Positions 29,201 through 37,554 of a stretch of 49,867 nt of DNA are shown here, one piece after another (the stretch's first letter is position 1; each line of letters begins with the position of its first letter). The DNA lies in contig JBHLMN010000030.1 in the NCBI GenBank assembly GCA_048938105.1, positions 1 through 49,867 of the forward strand, read 5' to 3'. The stretch comes from Promethearchaeota archaeon (GTDB lineage: Archaea > Asgardarchaeota > Heimdallarchaeia > Hodarchaeales > Hodarchaeaceae). Made by a program: the position numbers and the translations under genes. The notes beneath the pieces were generated by a model. That model searched no databases. It had not been told where the DNA came from and saw nothing but the letters and a program-made list of their open reading frames with translations.

Positions 29201-29992
29201 TTTTCAACAGGATATTATTCATACGAAATACAAGTTTGGGTTGAAAAAAATGACTACACGGTTTTAATAAATACTAAGCGAGGATTTTTCATCATTTCTG
29301 ATCCTGAACCAACATTCAATGCACAGAGTGCAATTAAAGGGCAAACCATTGAGTACTACAGAGATATTGAATCTTCAGCGGACATTCCAACTTGGAACCC
29401 TGGTGAAACTATTGAATTAAGGCTAATAGGGCAAGATATTAACAGTTATGAGTTCACGGTGTATGTACAGTTGATACATTATTACCTGTGGTTAGTTGAC
29501 AGAACAGTTTTGGATTACTTCGAAATACCTCGATCTACGTTAAACAAAAGTGAAAATATCGGATCATTTGTTATTCCTAATCGTCCAATTCCTTTACCAG
29601 GTGAAGAGTATGAGTTAGAGATTAATAATCAACTATATATCTTCTTGATCTTCCTACGTGACGCACAAGGAAATTATGATATTGAAGCAATTTTCTTTAT
29701 CATTGGTACTTCTTTTTACTTCGACATTGATCCATTTTTCCTCGTTCTTTTCGGAATTCTTGCCTTAGCTGTTGTTGTGGGTATTGTTATTTTAATCCAA
29801 AAAAGAGCTAGCCATCGAACATATCCTTATTCAGTTGTTGGTCCATACTCGACTCAATATCAACCCTCAGGTTCCGAAAAATCCCCATTAATAAGGAAAT
29901 ATTGCCACAATTGTGGTGCACTTGTTGTTCCAGAGGCAAAGTTTTGTAGTACGTGTGGAACCAATTTGTCATTTAAAGATACTCTAGAATGA
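26252..29992 (+). CDS. Membrane-anchored S8 subtilase with GATase-like domain, C-terminal TM and cytoplasmic zinc ribbon
   Basis: Triad IIDSG / HGTHVAG / GTSMATP, oxyanion AAGNEG; IYWDTYY...ILVLTD...GGSILL...GKVLILGS; TM; CHNCG...CSTCG. Confidence 0.92.
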   Translation: MILMIVAKSQQFYLISVLCLMIILPLHNMPQESSDTTFQNINFSPQIVGQEPSKVNLLFSYNPSEKNLITQVLNQFNPLYLHLYRNFPIGFVTYQENTLPIIQKTYPNIYSRLKISQQSQVIPSIEEFKPQKMSGTQQSSYVPPSEIINAGTLWNKGFDGKNVKIAIIDSGIDGDPAQGDFEGRIIYEESFIKAEYGFSSGSEEDARDYHGHGTHVAGIAAGAGSTYRGIAYNADLVNLKAADMSGYSTKEAMLAALDEAIAQSVHVISISIGFEKSSPWGSGDELTQAVDSAVDAGITVVIAAGNEGSNDELASIGSPGSARKAITVGATNGSYNVASFSSRGPSFDFKVDPDVVAPGVQIIAPLAHGCIIELAYESLVGVELGDYVSLSGTSMATPVVSGAVALLKQQYTIATPAAIRAALQESAVDMNEDLYTQGSGLINVGRASELLKSTEQSNGFTLISSLPKAKSDKPIEFAERVAFPGDKTQMDISFMTGIGGTISWDISESIAKFIEFNLSSQVQSSAGYFDRSLNLTIPLNTAPGTYHGNISYTFQGIKHVIPLVFTINNPNSKIYWDTYYTGKDDSPFFNYRALDDLLTTNLHFDMNEYENTITWENLSQNNILVLTDLEYPLSEEELTTIFKFHNQGGSILLVTSAFPYFNLDAYSRLSADLSIPVNFTDRLDLVNYTDNGRNRKAIPLSSQGVDIYWEEGNPLFEEVNQIPFKMGTAFTSNQNDLTLKYQAWVKDQSYLVAAAFEPIEKGKVLILGSELWLYSSFISTDDGQNFVRNIFEWLKPENGLIINSQISPNHQLEISGYYSSESPLSVEIKLSNGSTLLESSLLYNATLQHHHLVIPLGEPTNQTISISIKNGQVTLKEFVFFDFNDLPEVEEIQIVFSASSDVILPSWVSEDSYDFVIDEGIEIFINHSVSSEVQSTLLISNQLEDTLDVINPPLESLEEIVNETVLSLDSNTQQSLYWPVPANFSTGYYSYEIQVWVEKNDYTVLINTKRGFFIISDPEPTFNAQSAIKGQTIEYYRDIESSADIPTWNPGETIELRLIGQDINSYEFTVYVQLIHYYLWLVDRTVLDYFEIPRSTLNKSENIGSFVIPNRPIPLPGEEYELEINNQLYIFLIFLRDAQGNYDIEAIFFIIGTSFYFDIDPFFLVLFGILALAVVVGIVILIQKRASHRTYPYSVVGPYSTQYQPSGSEKSPLIRKYCHNCGALVVPEAKFCSTCGTNLSFKDTLE

Positions 29993-30032
29993 ACACTTCA
30001 AAATAAAAAATTCCCCAAACTGTCTTCTAGTA

Positions 30033-30668
30033 CTAAATCGAACAGAAATATATTGTCTTTTTCTCCTTGTCTTTTTGTCCTACATACCCCATATCCTGAA
30101 GAGTACGTAGGTTCTTTTTTATATCTTTTTTAGTCTCTCCGCTCTCTTTTGCAATGTCTACGATTGTTCCTTCTTCTAAAGAAACTATCGCGAGAGCTGT
30201 TCTGTGAAGAAGTGGCGGTAGATTGAAAATCTCACCTGTAGTTAGTTTCTTACTTGGTTTTATTGATTTGGATTCATCCGTAATTGTTTCTGTTTGGATA
30301 ATTTCACGAATAGTATCTTGAAATGGTGCAAAAATACTGAGATTTGAATCCCAGTCCATTAAAACTTCACCGTATTGTTTGATAAATCGAAATCCCAACA
30401 TTTGAATTATATCTTCAGGAGTTTTAGGGACGTCAGTTACGAGTACAAGCCGAAAAAAACCAAAAGATCTTATATGATAAGAAAGCCCTTCAATTTCAAT
30501 GCTTTGCATCTCCGAATCATCTTGTGTCATTTCACTGGTCAAGTTTTGTAATGCGGTAAGTAATCCGCCGAATAAGATCGCATTTGGAATATTCTCGTCG
30601 CATTGAAAGTTCTCAGATAGGATTGTCCGGCCATCCTCCGCTATAACATAAATTGCATATACAATCGT
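30033..30668 (-). CDS. Longin-like plus wHTH protein, copy 2 (probable ACG start at 30668; ORF track starts it at 30542)
   Basis: Frame stays open and homologous to copy 1 for 42 codons upstream of 30542 (TIVYAIYVIAEDGRTILSENF...GGLLTALQ) with no ATG/GTG/TTG; AGGTGA lies 6 nt before ACG. Confidence 0.75.
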   Translation of the reverse strand, partial: TIVYAIYVIAEDGRTILSENFQCDENIPNAILFGGLLTALQNLTSEMTQDDSEMQSIEIEGLSYHIRSFGFFRLVLVTDVPKTPEDIIQMLGFRFIKQYGEVLMDWDSNLSIFAPFQDTIREIIQTETITDESKSIKPSKKLTTGEIFNLPPLLHRTALAIVSLEEGTIVDIAKESGETKKDIKKNLRTLQDMGYVGQKDKEKKTIYFCSI

Positions 30669-30998
30669 ATTATTTCACCTTTTCAAATAATACCTAAGAA
30701 AATGTACTAAAATGTTTTGAAATTATATTTTCTTCTTGACATTGTAAAACCCAGATAAACATAATATCGGAAGAAAACTTCATAATTAGTAAAAATTCCT
30801 TAATTATCTTTATTATTTTATTTCGTTCTTTCTTATGATTGTTTTTCCCATTTCTCTACCAATAGTCGCGCTTTTTCAGCATACTGTTGAATCTCTTCCT
30901 CCTTACAATAGAGTTTTTTATAGACCAGATATCTCATGTATCCCACCCACTTTTTATGGCTTTTCAAATGCATGAAATGTCATATTCAAACTGTGATT

Positions 30999-31634
30999 TC
31001 AGATCGTGCAAAAATAGATTGTTTTTTTCTTCACTTTTTTTGTTCCTATAAATCCCCTTTTCTTCAAAGTAGCCAAATTCTTTTTTATAACGTCTGCTTC
31101 CTCTCCACTTTCTAATGCAATGTCATTAATCGTTCCCTCCTCTAATGAAACCAGTGCTAAAGCAGTTGATTGTAAATGATGAGGCAATCCAAAGATTTCA
31201 CCCGTGTTCAGCCTTTTTTTAGGTTTTATTGATTTAGATTCGTCATACCCAACTAATTGTTTCATAACTTCTTGAATTGTTATCTTAAATGGACTAAAGA
31301 CGTTCAAATCAAATTCCGTTTCTGTTAATATATCTCCATACTCATTTATAAATCGTAACCCAAGTGTTTGCATGATATCTTCTGGAGTTTTGGGTACATT
31401 AGTGACTAGTACAATCCTGATAAGCCCAAATGAGCGGATATGGTAGGATAATCCTTCGATTTCAATGCTTTTCATTTGTGAATTTTGTTGTGTCATCTCA
31501 GTTGTAACTTGTTGAAGTGCTGTAAGTAATCCTCCAAGTATAACTTCATTAGGAATATCCTCAGCTGACTGAAAATTTTCTGATAGAATTGTTTTACCTT
31601 CTTCTGTTAATACATATACAGCATATATGATCGT
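30999..31634 (-). CDS. Longin-like plus wHTH protein, copy 1 (ACG 31634 or TTG 31652 start)
   Basis: IYAVYVLTEEGKTILSENF...LGGLLTALQ...SIEIEGLSYHIRSFGLIRIVLVT longin pattern; GTINDIALESGE...LATLKKRGFI wHTH. Confidence 0.8.
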   Translation of the reverse strand, partial: TIIYAVYVLTEEGKTILSENFQSAEDIPNEVILGGLLTALQQVTTEMTQQNSQMKSIEIEGLSYHIRSFGLIRIVLVTNVPKTPEDIMQTLGLRFINEYGDILTETEFDLNVFSPFKITIQEVMKQLVGYDESKSIKPKKRLNTGEIFGLPHHLQSTALALVSLEEGTINDIALESGEEADVIKKNLATLKKRGFIGTKKVKKKTIYFCTI

Positions 31635-31635
31635 G

Positions 31636-32496
31636 TTATTCCACCTCTCCAAATAATGTTGGGATCAAATCAATGAGAGTCGTAGAAAAAACATGATCGG
31701 GTTGTTCTAAAGTATAGATAATTCTTGAAGCCTCAAGACCTTGCAAACCTTTAACCGCTTCTTGGAATTCTATATTCTGAAGTTCAAAGTCTGTTGGAAT
31801 CCACCCAAGAAATTCTACTATTTTATCACCAATATCTGCAGTAAACCGCTTTTCAATCAGTTTTTGGATTTCTTTTTTCTTCGTATTACTTTCAATAGCC
31901 TCTTTGGGAATAAGATTAGCTAATACCAAAGATCTGTTTTTTAATTGTTTAAACAAACCAGCGATCATTTGTGAGGTACCAAAGATGTCTGCATTACTCA
32001 ATTTTACAATAAAAAGACTTGAATCTGTTGCAAGCATGACATTGACAGTTGAATAACCTGTTCCTGGAGAACAGTCGACAACCATGTACTCGATTTCATA
32101 AGGCTTTTCTTTAAACCCTTTTTTGAGTTTAATTAGATTTTGAAGCATTTTGATTGAGGTTTTTTGATCAATACGGATAAGATTTTGGATTGATTCGGGT
32201 GTAGGATCCGCATAACCTACCCAAAGCTTTCCTGATAAATTAAGCAAAGAGGAAACATCATGTAAACAATTATCCATGGTTTCATTACCCAGTAAGTATT
32301 CGTTAAGCCAACTGATCTCTGGGTCCTTTCGAAAAAAAGTCATTATACTTGGTCCATGAAAATCGTTATCTAACAAGCAAACCCTCTTACCTATTTTAGC
32401 TAAGTGGACTGCTATATTCACGGCAATACTGGTTTTTCCCACACCACCTTTATGAGACAGAATTGCTAGACTTCTCAATGACACATTAGCCACCAT
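31636..32496 (-). CDS. MinD/ParA-family ATPase
   Basis: Deviant Walker A HKGGVGKT, LLDNDFHGPS, VVDCSPG, LANL, GWIP. Confidence 0.9.
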   Translation of the reverse strand: MVANVSLRSLAILSHKGGVGKTSIAVNIAVHLAKIGKRVCLLDNDFHGPSIMTFFRKDPEISWLNEYLLGNETMDNCLHDVSSLLNLSGKLWVGYADPTPESIQNLIRIDQKTSIKMLQNLIKLKKGFKEKPYEIEYMVVDCSPGTGYSTVNVMLATDSSLFIVKLSNADIFGTSQMIAGLFKQLKNRSLVLANLIPKEAIESNTKKKEIQKLIEKRFTADIGDKIVEFLGWIPTDFELQNIEFQEAVKGLQGLEASRIIYTLEQPDHVFSTTLIDLIPTLFGEVE

Positions 32497-32886
32497 ATCT
32501 AAATCTTTTAAACCTTGTATTATTTAACAGGTACTTTTTATTGTTTTCTTCTGAGTCCGTTATTGCCTAGATATATTTGAGTAATTAGTAAGTAGAACCG
32601 TGACAATGTAATTTCAATTCATTTAAAAATCAAACTTATTTTTATTTTCGAATAATATCATGATATTGTTTAAGTATTCGTCACTCAACTATTTTCCTAT
32701 TTTTTTTACAATAGGAGTTGCTACTAGATTTATGAATGAGTTAACGATCATTAACCTAGATTTCTTGGGTTAATAATTTCAATTAAGTAAAAAAAATTAT
32801 ATAAGTGTTGTTGAAAGAAAATAATTCAACGTACATTTTCTAGAAGTCAACATTATAGCCATCGTTGCTTTACTATACTTGATTTT

Positions 32887-35178
32887 TTATTCTAAGATTT
32901 TAGGAGGAAAATTATCATATAAATTATTCAATAATGCTTCTAAGAGTTTTGTTGCAACACTCTTGTCAAGTGGGAAGTTGTCATTGCCACATTTAGGTGA
33001 TTGGACACAACTGGGACAACCATTCTGACATTCACAATCTTTAATTAGATCTAAAACATTCTTGAGAAGAATGTCACACTTATCAAAAAGTTGTTCAGAG
33101 ATACCAATTCCTCCAGGGAATCCGTCATAAATAAACACCTTCGCTTTCCCATCCACAGGATAACTAGGATAGGAAGTTCCACCTATATCCCAACGATCAC
33201 ACATGGCATACATTGGAGACAATGCAATTGTTGCATGTTCCATAGCATGAATCCCCCCAGGAAAATCAAGTGTATCATCTCGAATACGCTTGACAATTTC
33301 TTGCGGGATTTCAATCCAAAGAGCTTTCGTTTGAAACTCTAGAGTAGGTAAATCCAGTGGTAAGATCTCTAGAACTTCATCAAAAGATTTTTTTCGATAT
33401 GAATGATATATCTCGGTGACTTTCACTTCCCCGAAGAAAAGAGGAAATCCTAAGTCTTTGCTTGTGAGTGTCTTTAATATTGTTACCTCTGACACACTCA
33501 TTGCTTCTGTATAGTAATCAACTTCGATGGGAGAAACGAATGCTTTCTTTTTTGATAGGTTTAAGCTTTCAACGAAATAAGTTTCCCCTTGATGGATGAG
33601 GATGGCTCCTTCATGCGCTTCACGATAAGCTTGCGGGATACTCATTGTTTCTAAGATCTTTCTTTGTACCAACACTTCAATACTATCCATAAATGCCGTA
33701 TTAAGGCTAACTACTGAAGCTGGCCTTCTAGGAGAACTGCTAGTCAACCCAGCGGGAACTATTTTTACTAGGTTTTCTTCTCGTAACTCTTGGGCTATAT
33801 TTTTCCCATCTTCACCCCAAATTTGCTGAATTTCGTCAATTGTTAAGGGAATTTCAGCTGCAGCGCAAAGTATATGTCCTTTCAGAATATAGGGGTTTTT
33901 AAGATCAATAATAGCATTTTCAGGATTTTTCCCTAAGAAATAGTCAGGATGTTTACCAAGAAATTGTTGGAGTGGATCTTCAAAAAGAACTAAGGTTGCT
34001 AATGATGGTCGAAGAGTTCTCCCGACACGGCCAATTTGTTGCCAAGTGGAAATTATTGTACCTGGAAAACCTGATAGGATAACAGCGTCTAAATTCCCAA
34101 TATCTATTCCCACTTCTAGCGCGTTAGTAGAAACAACAGCTTGAATCTCACGATTACGTAATTTATTTTCAATTTCACGACGTTCTAGGGGGCGATAACC
34201 TGCTCGATAAGACATTACTTTGTTATAATCTAGATCAAGGTTTCTAAGATCTTGTTTGGTCCACATTGATATAAGCTCAGCCATCCGCCGAGACAGCGTG
34301 AAACAAAGCGTTTGATAATTCATTTTAAGGTGTTGAAATAATAGATCGCGGGTCTCTTGGTGAGGTGAACGCTTCTTTAGCTTGAATCGGTCAATAAAGG
34401 GAGGATTCCATAATACAAGGTGCTTAGCTCCGTACTCCGCCCCATCATCACTTATAATTTCTACTGATTGTCCAATGAGTTTAGTAACGAATTCTTTAGG
34501 ATTATTTATAGTAGCAGAAGAGAGAATGTATTGTGGTGTGGATCCATAGTGGTCAATAATTCGATTTAATCGTCGAAGCAGTTGAGCGACATTGGATCCA
34601 AAAACTCCTCTATACTGGTGCGCTTCGTCTATTACAATAAATCTTAAATTTCTGAAAAATCTATCCCATTTATGATGCCAGTCTAGATATTGATGTAGTG
34701 CATACGGATTAGAGATTATCACATGAGCATAATTCCGAATTCTAGGTCTTTGTTCTGAGGGAGTATCCCCATCGTAAATATAGGGACGTAATCTTCCCTT
34801 GAGTATTTCATTTAATTCTTCAAGTTTTTTCAATTGATCATTTGCGAGAGCTTTCATTGGATATAGGAATAATGCAGTCACTGCGCGCTTTCGTGCGATA
34901 GTATTTGCTATAAAAAGTGAAAAAATCAATGTTTTCCCTGATGCAGTGGGAGTCGTTATTACTACATTTTTTCCTCTGTGAATGGCATTTAAAGCGGCAG
35001 CTTGATGGGAATATAATGATAGTTGATTACTTTCTAACCAATCGTTCAATTCTGGTTCTAATTCAAAATCAAGAGTTCCGTAATTTGCGGACCTGGCTGG
35101 AATCGTTGTTTTAAATATCATCTGTTGCCTATAAGAGGAGTTTACTTCAATCTCGTGGAGAAACTGTTCAATTTTCAT
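32887..35178 (-). CDS. mrfA: Hrq1/MrfA(YprA)-family DEAH-box helicase with DUF1998 Zn-binding domain
   Basis: LYSHQ, TPTASGKT, YPMKALANDQ, DEAH, SAT, YRAGY, TNALEVGIDIG, QQIGRVGR, CECQNGCPSC. Confidence 0.88.
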   Translation of the reverse strand: MKIEQFLHEIEVNSSYRQQMIFKTTIPARSANYGTLDFELEPELNDWLESNQLSLYSHQAAALNAIHRGKNVVITTPTASGKTLIFSLFIANTIARKRAVTALFLYPMKALANDQLKKLEELNEILKGRLRPYIYDGDTPSEQRPRIRNYAHVIISNPYALHQYLDWHHKWDRFFRNLRFIVIDEAHQYRGVFGSNVAQLLRRLNRIIDHYGSTPQYILSSATINNPKEFVTKLIGQSVEIISDDGAEYGAKHLVLWNPPFIDRFKLKKRSPHQETRDLLFQHLKMNYQTLCFTLSRRMAELISMWTKQDLRNLDLDYNKVMSYRAGYRPLERREIENKLRNREIQAVVSTNALEVGIDIGNLDAVILSGFPGTIISTWQQIGRVGRTLRPSLATLVLFEDPLQQFLGKHPDYFLGKNPENAIIDLKNPYILKGHILCAAAEIPLTIDEIQQIWGEDGKNIAQELREENLVKIVPAGLTSSSPRRPASVVSLNTAFMDSIEVLVQRKILETMSIPQAYREAHEGAILIHQGETYFVESLNLSKKKAFVSPIEVDYYTEAMSVSEVTILKTLTSKDLGFPLFFGEVKVTEIYHSYRKKSFDEVLEILPLDLPTLEFQTKALWIEIPQEIVKRIRDDTLDFPGGIHAMEHATIALSPMYAMCDRWDIGGTSYPSYPVDGKAKVFIYDGFPGGIGISEQLFDKCDILLKNVLDLIKDCECQNGCPSCVQSPKCGNDNFPLDKSVATKLLEALLNNLYDNFPPKILE

Positions 35179-35184
35179 ACTAGT

Positions 35185-37554
35185 TCACAAAGATATTGTC
35201 TCTTCTCCCTTTATAGACCGACCATAACTATCCCGAGTAATGTTTATAGAATGGGGGAATTGGTCTGCAACTTCTTGGAGATGAGTAATTAAAATGATTT
35301 TAAAGCGATGTGTAAGTTGAAGGAGTTTTCTAACAAATGCCTGTTGTGCTTCTAAGGTGTCAAGTGAACCCAAATCTCCCTCATCAATAAATAAGGTCTT
35401 TTTGCTAGTGCTAGTAGTTCTCTCAACTTGTCCGAGTTCAGAAATTTCCTCACTTATAGCCAATCGTAATGCTGCATTTATTTGTGTTCTTTCCCCGCCT
35501 GAAAACGTTGCGACATCACGAATACCGTCTGGAACCTTTATTAATATTTCAAATCCCATCCCTTGTCTCCCAGCTTCGACTTTTTGTAGTTGAATGTGAG
35601 AGAATCTATTATTGGTCAATTCAGCTAATATGAAAGAAGCACGTCTTCCTAATCTTGGTAATACTTTATTGATAGCATAAAATGGTGCACCCTTGGTATG
35701 AAAAACCTCATTCTTCAGTTTTTCAAAGATCTCTTCTTCTTTTACTAGTAAATCGATCTCCTTCTCCAATTCTTCAACTTCAGGTTTAAGTTGTTCTAGT
35801 TCTTTGACCATCTGAGAGAGATTTTTCATTCGTTCCACTAATACAGTTATTGTTTTATCAAGTATTCTTTCTTCTTTCTTCTTTTTCTCTATTTCCGTTA
35901 TTGAATTATCATACTCTTTCTTGAACGATGGAAAACCTTTTAGTTCAATGTGGTAATCTTGAATTTCTGTTTCTATTTCCTTCATTTGTTTTTTAATAAT
36001 AGTAACCTTAGAGGTAGGATCAACTTGACCTTCGGCTATGCGTTTGATTTCTTCATATTTTTCTTGTATTTTTTGATTGGATTTCTGTTTATCTTGCAGA
36101 GTGATCAGTTGATGCCTTTTTTCAGGAGAAAAATCAAGTTTCTCTAATTTCTTTCTCTCCATAAGCAGTTCTTTTTCATCAACTTCTGTTTCTTCTTTCA
36201 GTCGATTTTCGAGCTCATTTACTTCCTCTTCAAGTTCTGTAATTCGTTGAGTAATTTCTGAAAGAATAAAAGAATCCTTATTGATCTTTTCTTTTTCTAT
36301 TTGTAATACATTTAGATCTTTTCTAGCTTGTAGTTGTTCATCACGCAATCCTTTCAGGATTCTTTCAGGTAAGTTCCATGATTGCTCTAAAGATATCCTT
36401 TGAATCCGTTCTAACAGCCTCCCTTCTTGATTGAGAAGGTTAAAAGCTGTTTCGTGATCAATGGTAGTACTTAAATTCTTTGTTCTATCCTGTTCCTTTT
36501 TGAGTCGAATTAGCTTCTTTTGTAATTCTTTTTTTAGAGTTTTTTCTCTTCTGGTCTTTTTAATCTCCAAAGTCTCTAAATGCTTCTCTATTAGTTCATA
36601 ATCCTTTTTAATATTCTCTAATTCTCGTAATTCTTCCTCCAGATTCTTTAATTCTTTTATTATGGTTTCCAATTCTAATAATTGCTTCCGAATATTTTTA
36701 TATTGGCCTAATTCGGTGTTTGCTTCCGAATAATCCCTTAGCTTGGCTTTTAATCGTGCCTGTGCATTTTTTTCCGTTGTCTGTAATGATAGATATTTCT
36801 CTAATTTTAATTGTTGGTCTTGCTCTTTTTCCATTAATTCTTCAATAGTTTGAATTAGAGTGTTATGTTTCTTTTCATTGGAATCTATTTGAGGTTTTAA
36901 CTCTGCTAATTCGGTTTTCAAGTGCTCTATCTTTGATATCTCATTCTTTTTCACCTTTAACTCCCCCATTTTTTGATTTTTCTCGTTCATCACTTCTTGC
37001 AATCGTTTCTGTGTGTCTTTAATCGCTTTCTCAAAAATATCCAATCGAAATAAGTTTTGTAGAGTTTTTAATCGTTCTGTGGATGATTTTGAACCAAGAG
37101 CTTTCATTTCATCCTGACGAATGATTGTTGAGTTCACAAATGACTGATAATTCATTCCAAGAATTGTTGATCGGATTTTCTCATTTAATTCGGGAATTTT
37201 TCCTGGTACGCGTTTACCATCGATGAAGAGTTCAACGTAACTCTTGCCCTGATTATCTCGTCCACGCTTAACTCTAAAAGCATTATGTCCTGTTTTAAAA
37301 TGGCAAACAACTCTACCATTTTTCTTGCAAATATCTTCGATCTTTACATTCATTAAATCCAATCGTGAGCTCTTACCAAAGAGGGCAAATGTAAGAGCAT
37401 CTAGAATTGTGGTCTTTCCAGAGCCAGTTTGCCCTGCGATTACAATATATGGGGCCTGAAAATCAAACTCTGTGGGTGTGTGGTAGTTCATGAACCTATA
37501 AAGCTCAATTTTTTGGAGATCAAATCCTAACCCCATTCGTGCTTGAGTACTCAT
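35185..37554 (-). CDS. rad50: Rad50/SbcC ATPase lacking a CxxC hook
   Basis: GQTGSGKTT, Q-loop IRQ, long coiled coil, FSGGE, FIDEGDLGSLD, ITH; 4-nt overlap with mre11. Confidence 0.9.
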   Translation of the reverse strand: MSTQARMGLGFDLQKIELYRFMNYHTPTEFDFQAPYIVIAGQTGSGKTTILDALTFALFGKSSRLDLMNVKIEDICKKNGRVVCHFKTGHNAFRVKRGRDNQGKSYVELFIDGKRVPGKIPELNEKIRSTILGMNYQSFVNSTIIRQDEMKALGSKSSTERLKTLQNLFRLDIFEKAIKDTQKRLQEVMNEKNQKMGELKVKKNEISKIEHLKTELAELKPQIDSNEKKHNTLIQTIEELMEKEQDQQLKLEKYLSLQTTEKNAQARLKAKLRDYSEANTELGQYKNIRKQLLELETIIKELKNLEEELRELENIKKDYELIEKHLETLEIKKTRREKTLKKELQKKLIRLKKEQDRTKNLSTTIDHETAFNLLNQEGRLLERIQRISLEQSWNLPERILKGLRDEQLQARKDLNVLQIEKEKINKDSFILSEITQRITELEEEVNELENRLKEETEVDEKELLMERKKLEKLDFSPEKRHQLITLQDKQKSNQKIQEKYEEIKRIAEGQVDPTSKVTIIKKQMKEIETEIQDYHIELKGFPSFKKEYDNSITEIEKKKKEERILDKTITVLVERMKNLSQMVKELEQLKPEVEELEKEIDLLVKEEEIFEKLKNEVFHTKGAPFYAINKVLPRLGRRASFILAELTNNRFSHIQLQKVEAGRQGMGFEILIKVPDGIRDVATFSGGERTQINAALRLAISEEISELGQVERTTSTSKKTLFIDEGDLGSLDTLEAQQAFVRKLLQLTHRFKIILITHLQEVADQFPHSINITRDSYGRSIKGEETISL

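Noticed and set aside
30675-30677. In-frame TGA aligned to TGG in the paralog as evidence for TGA=Trp or selenocysteine recoding
   Set aside because: TGA is an ordinary stop for other genes here (9255, 15020, 20194, 29992); the aligned residue is not Cys; the triplet is better explained as part of the GGTGA RBS.
32887-35178. DISARM DrmA/DrmB or Druantia helicase
   Set aside because: A single helicase-DUF1998 polypeptide of Hrq1/MrfA size in a repair operon, with no methylase or drm partners.
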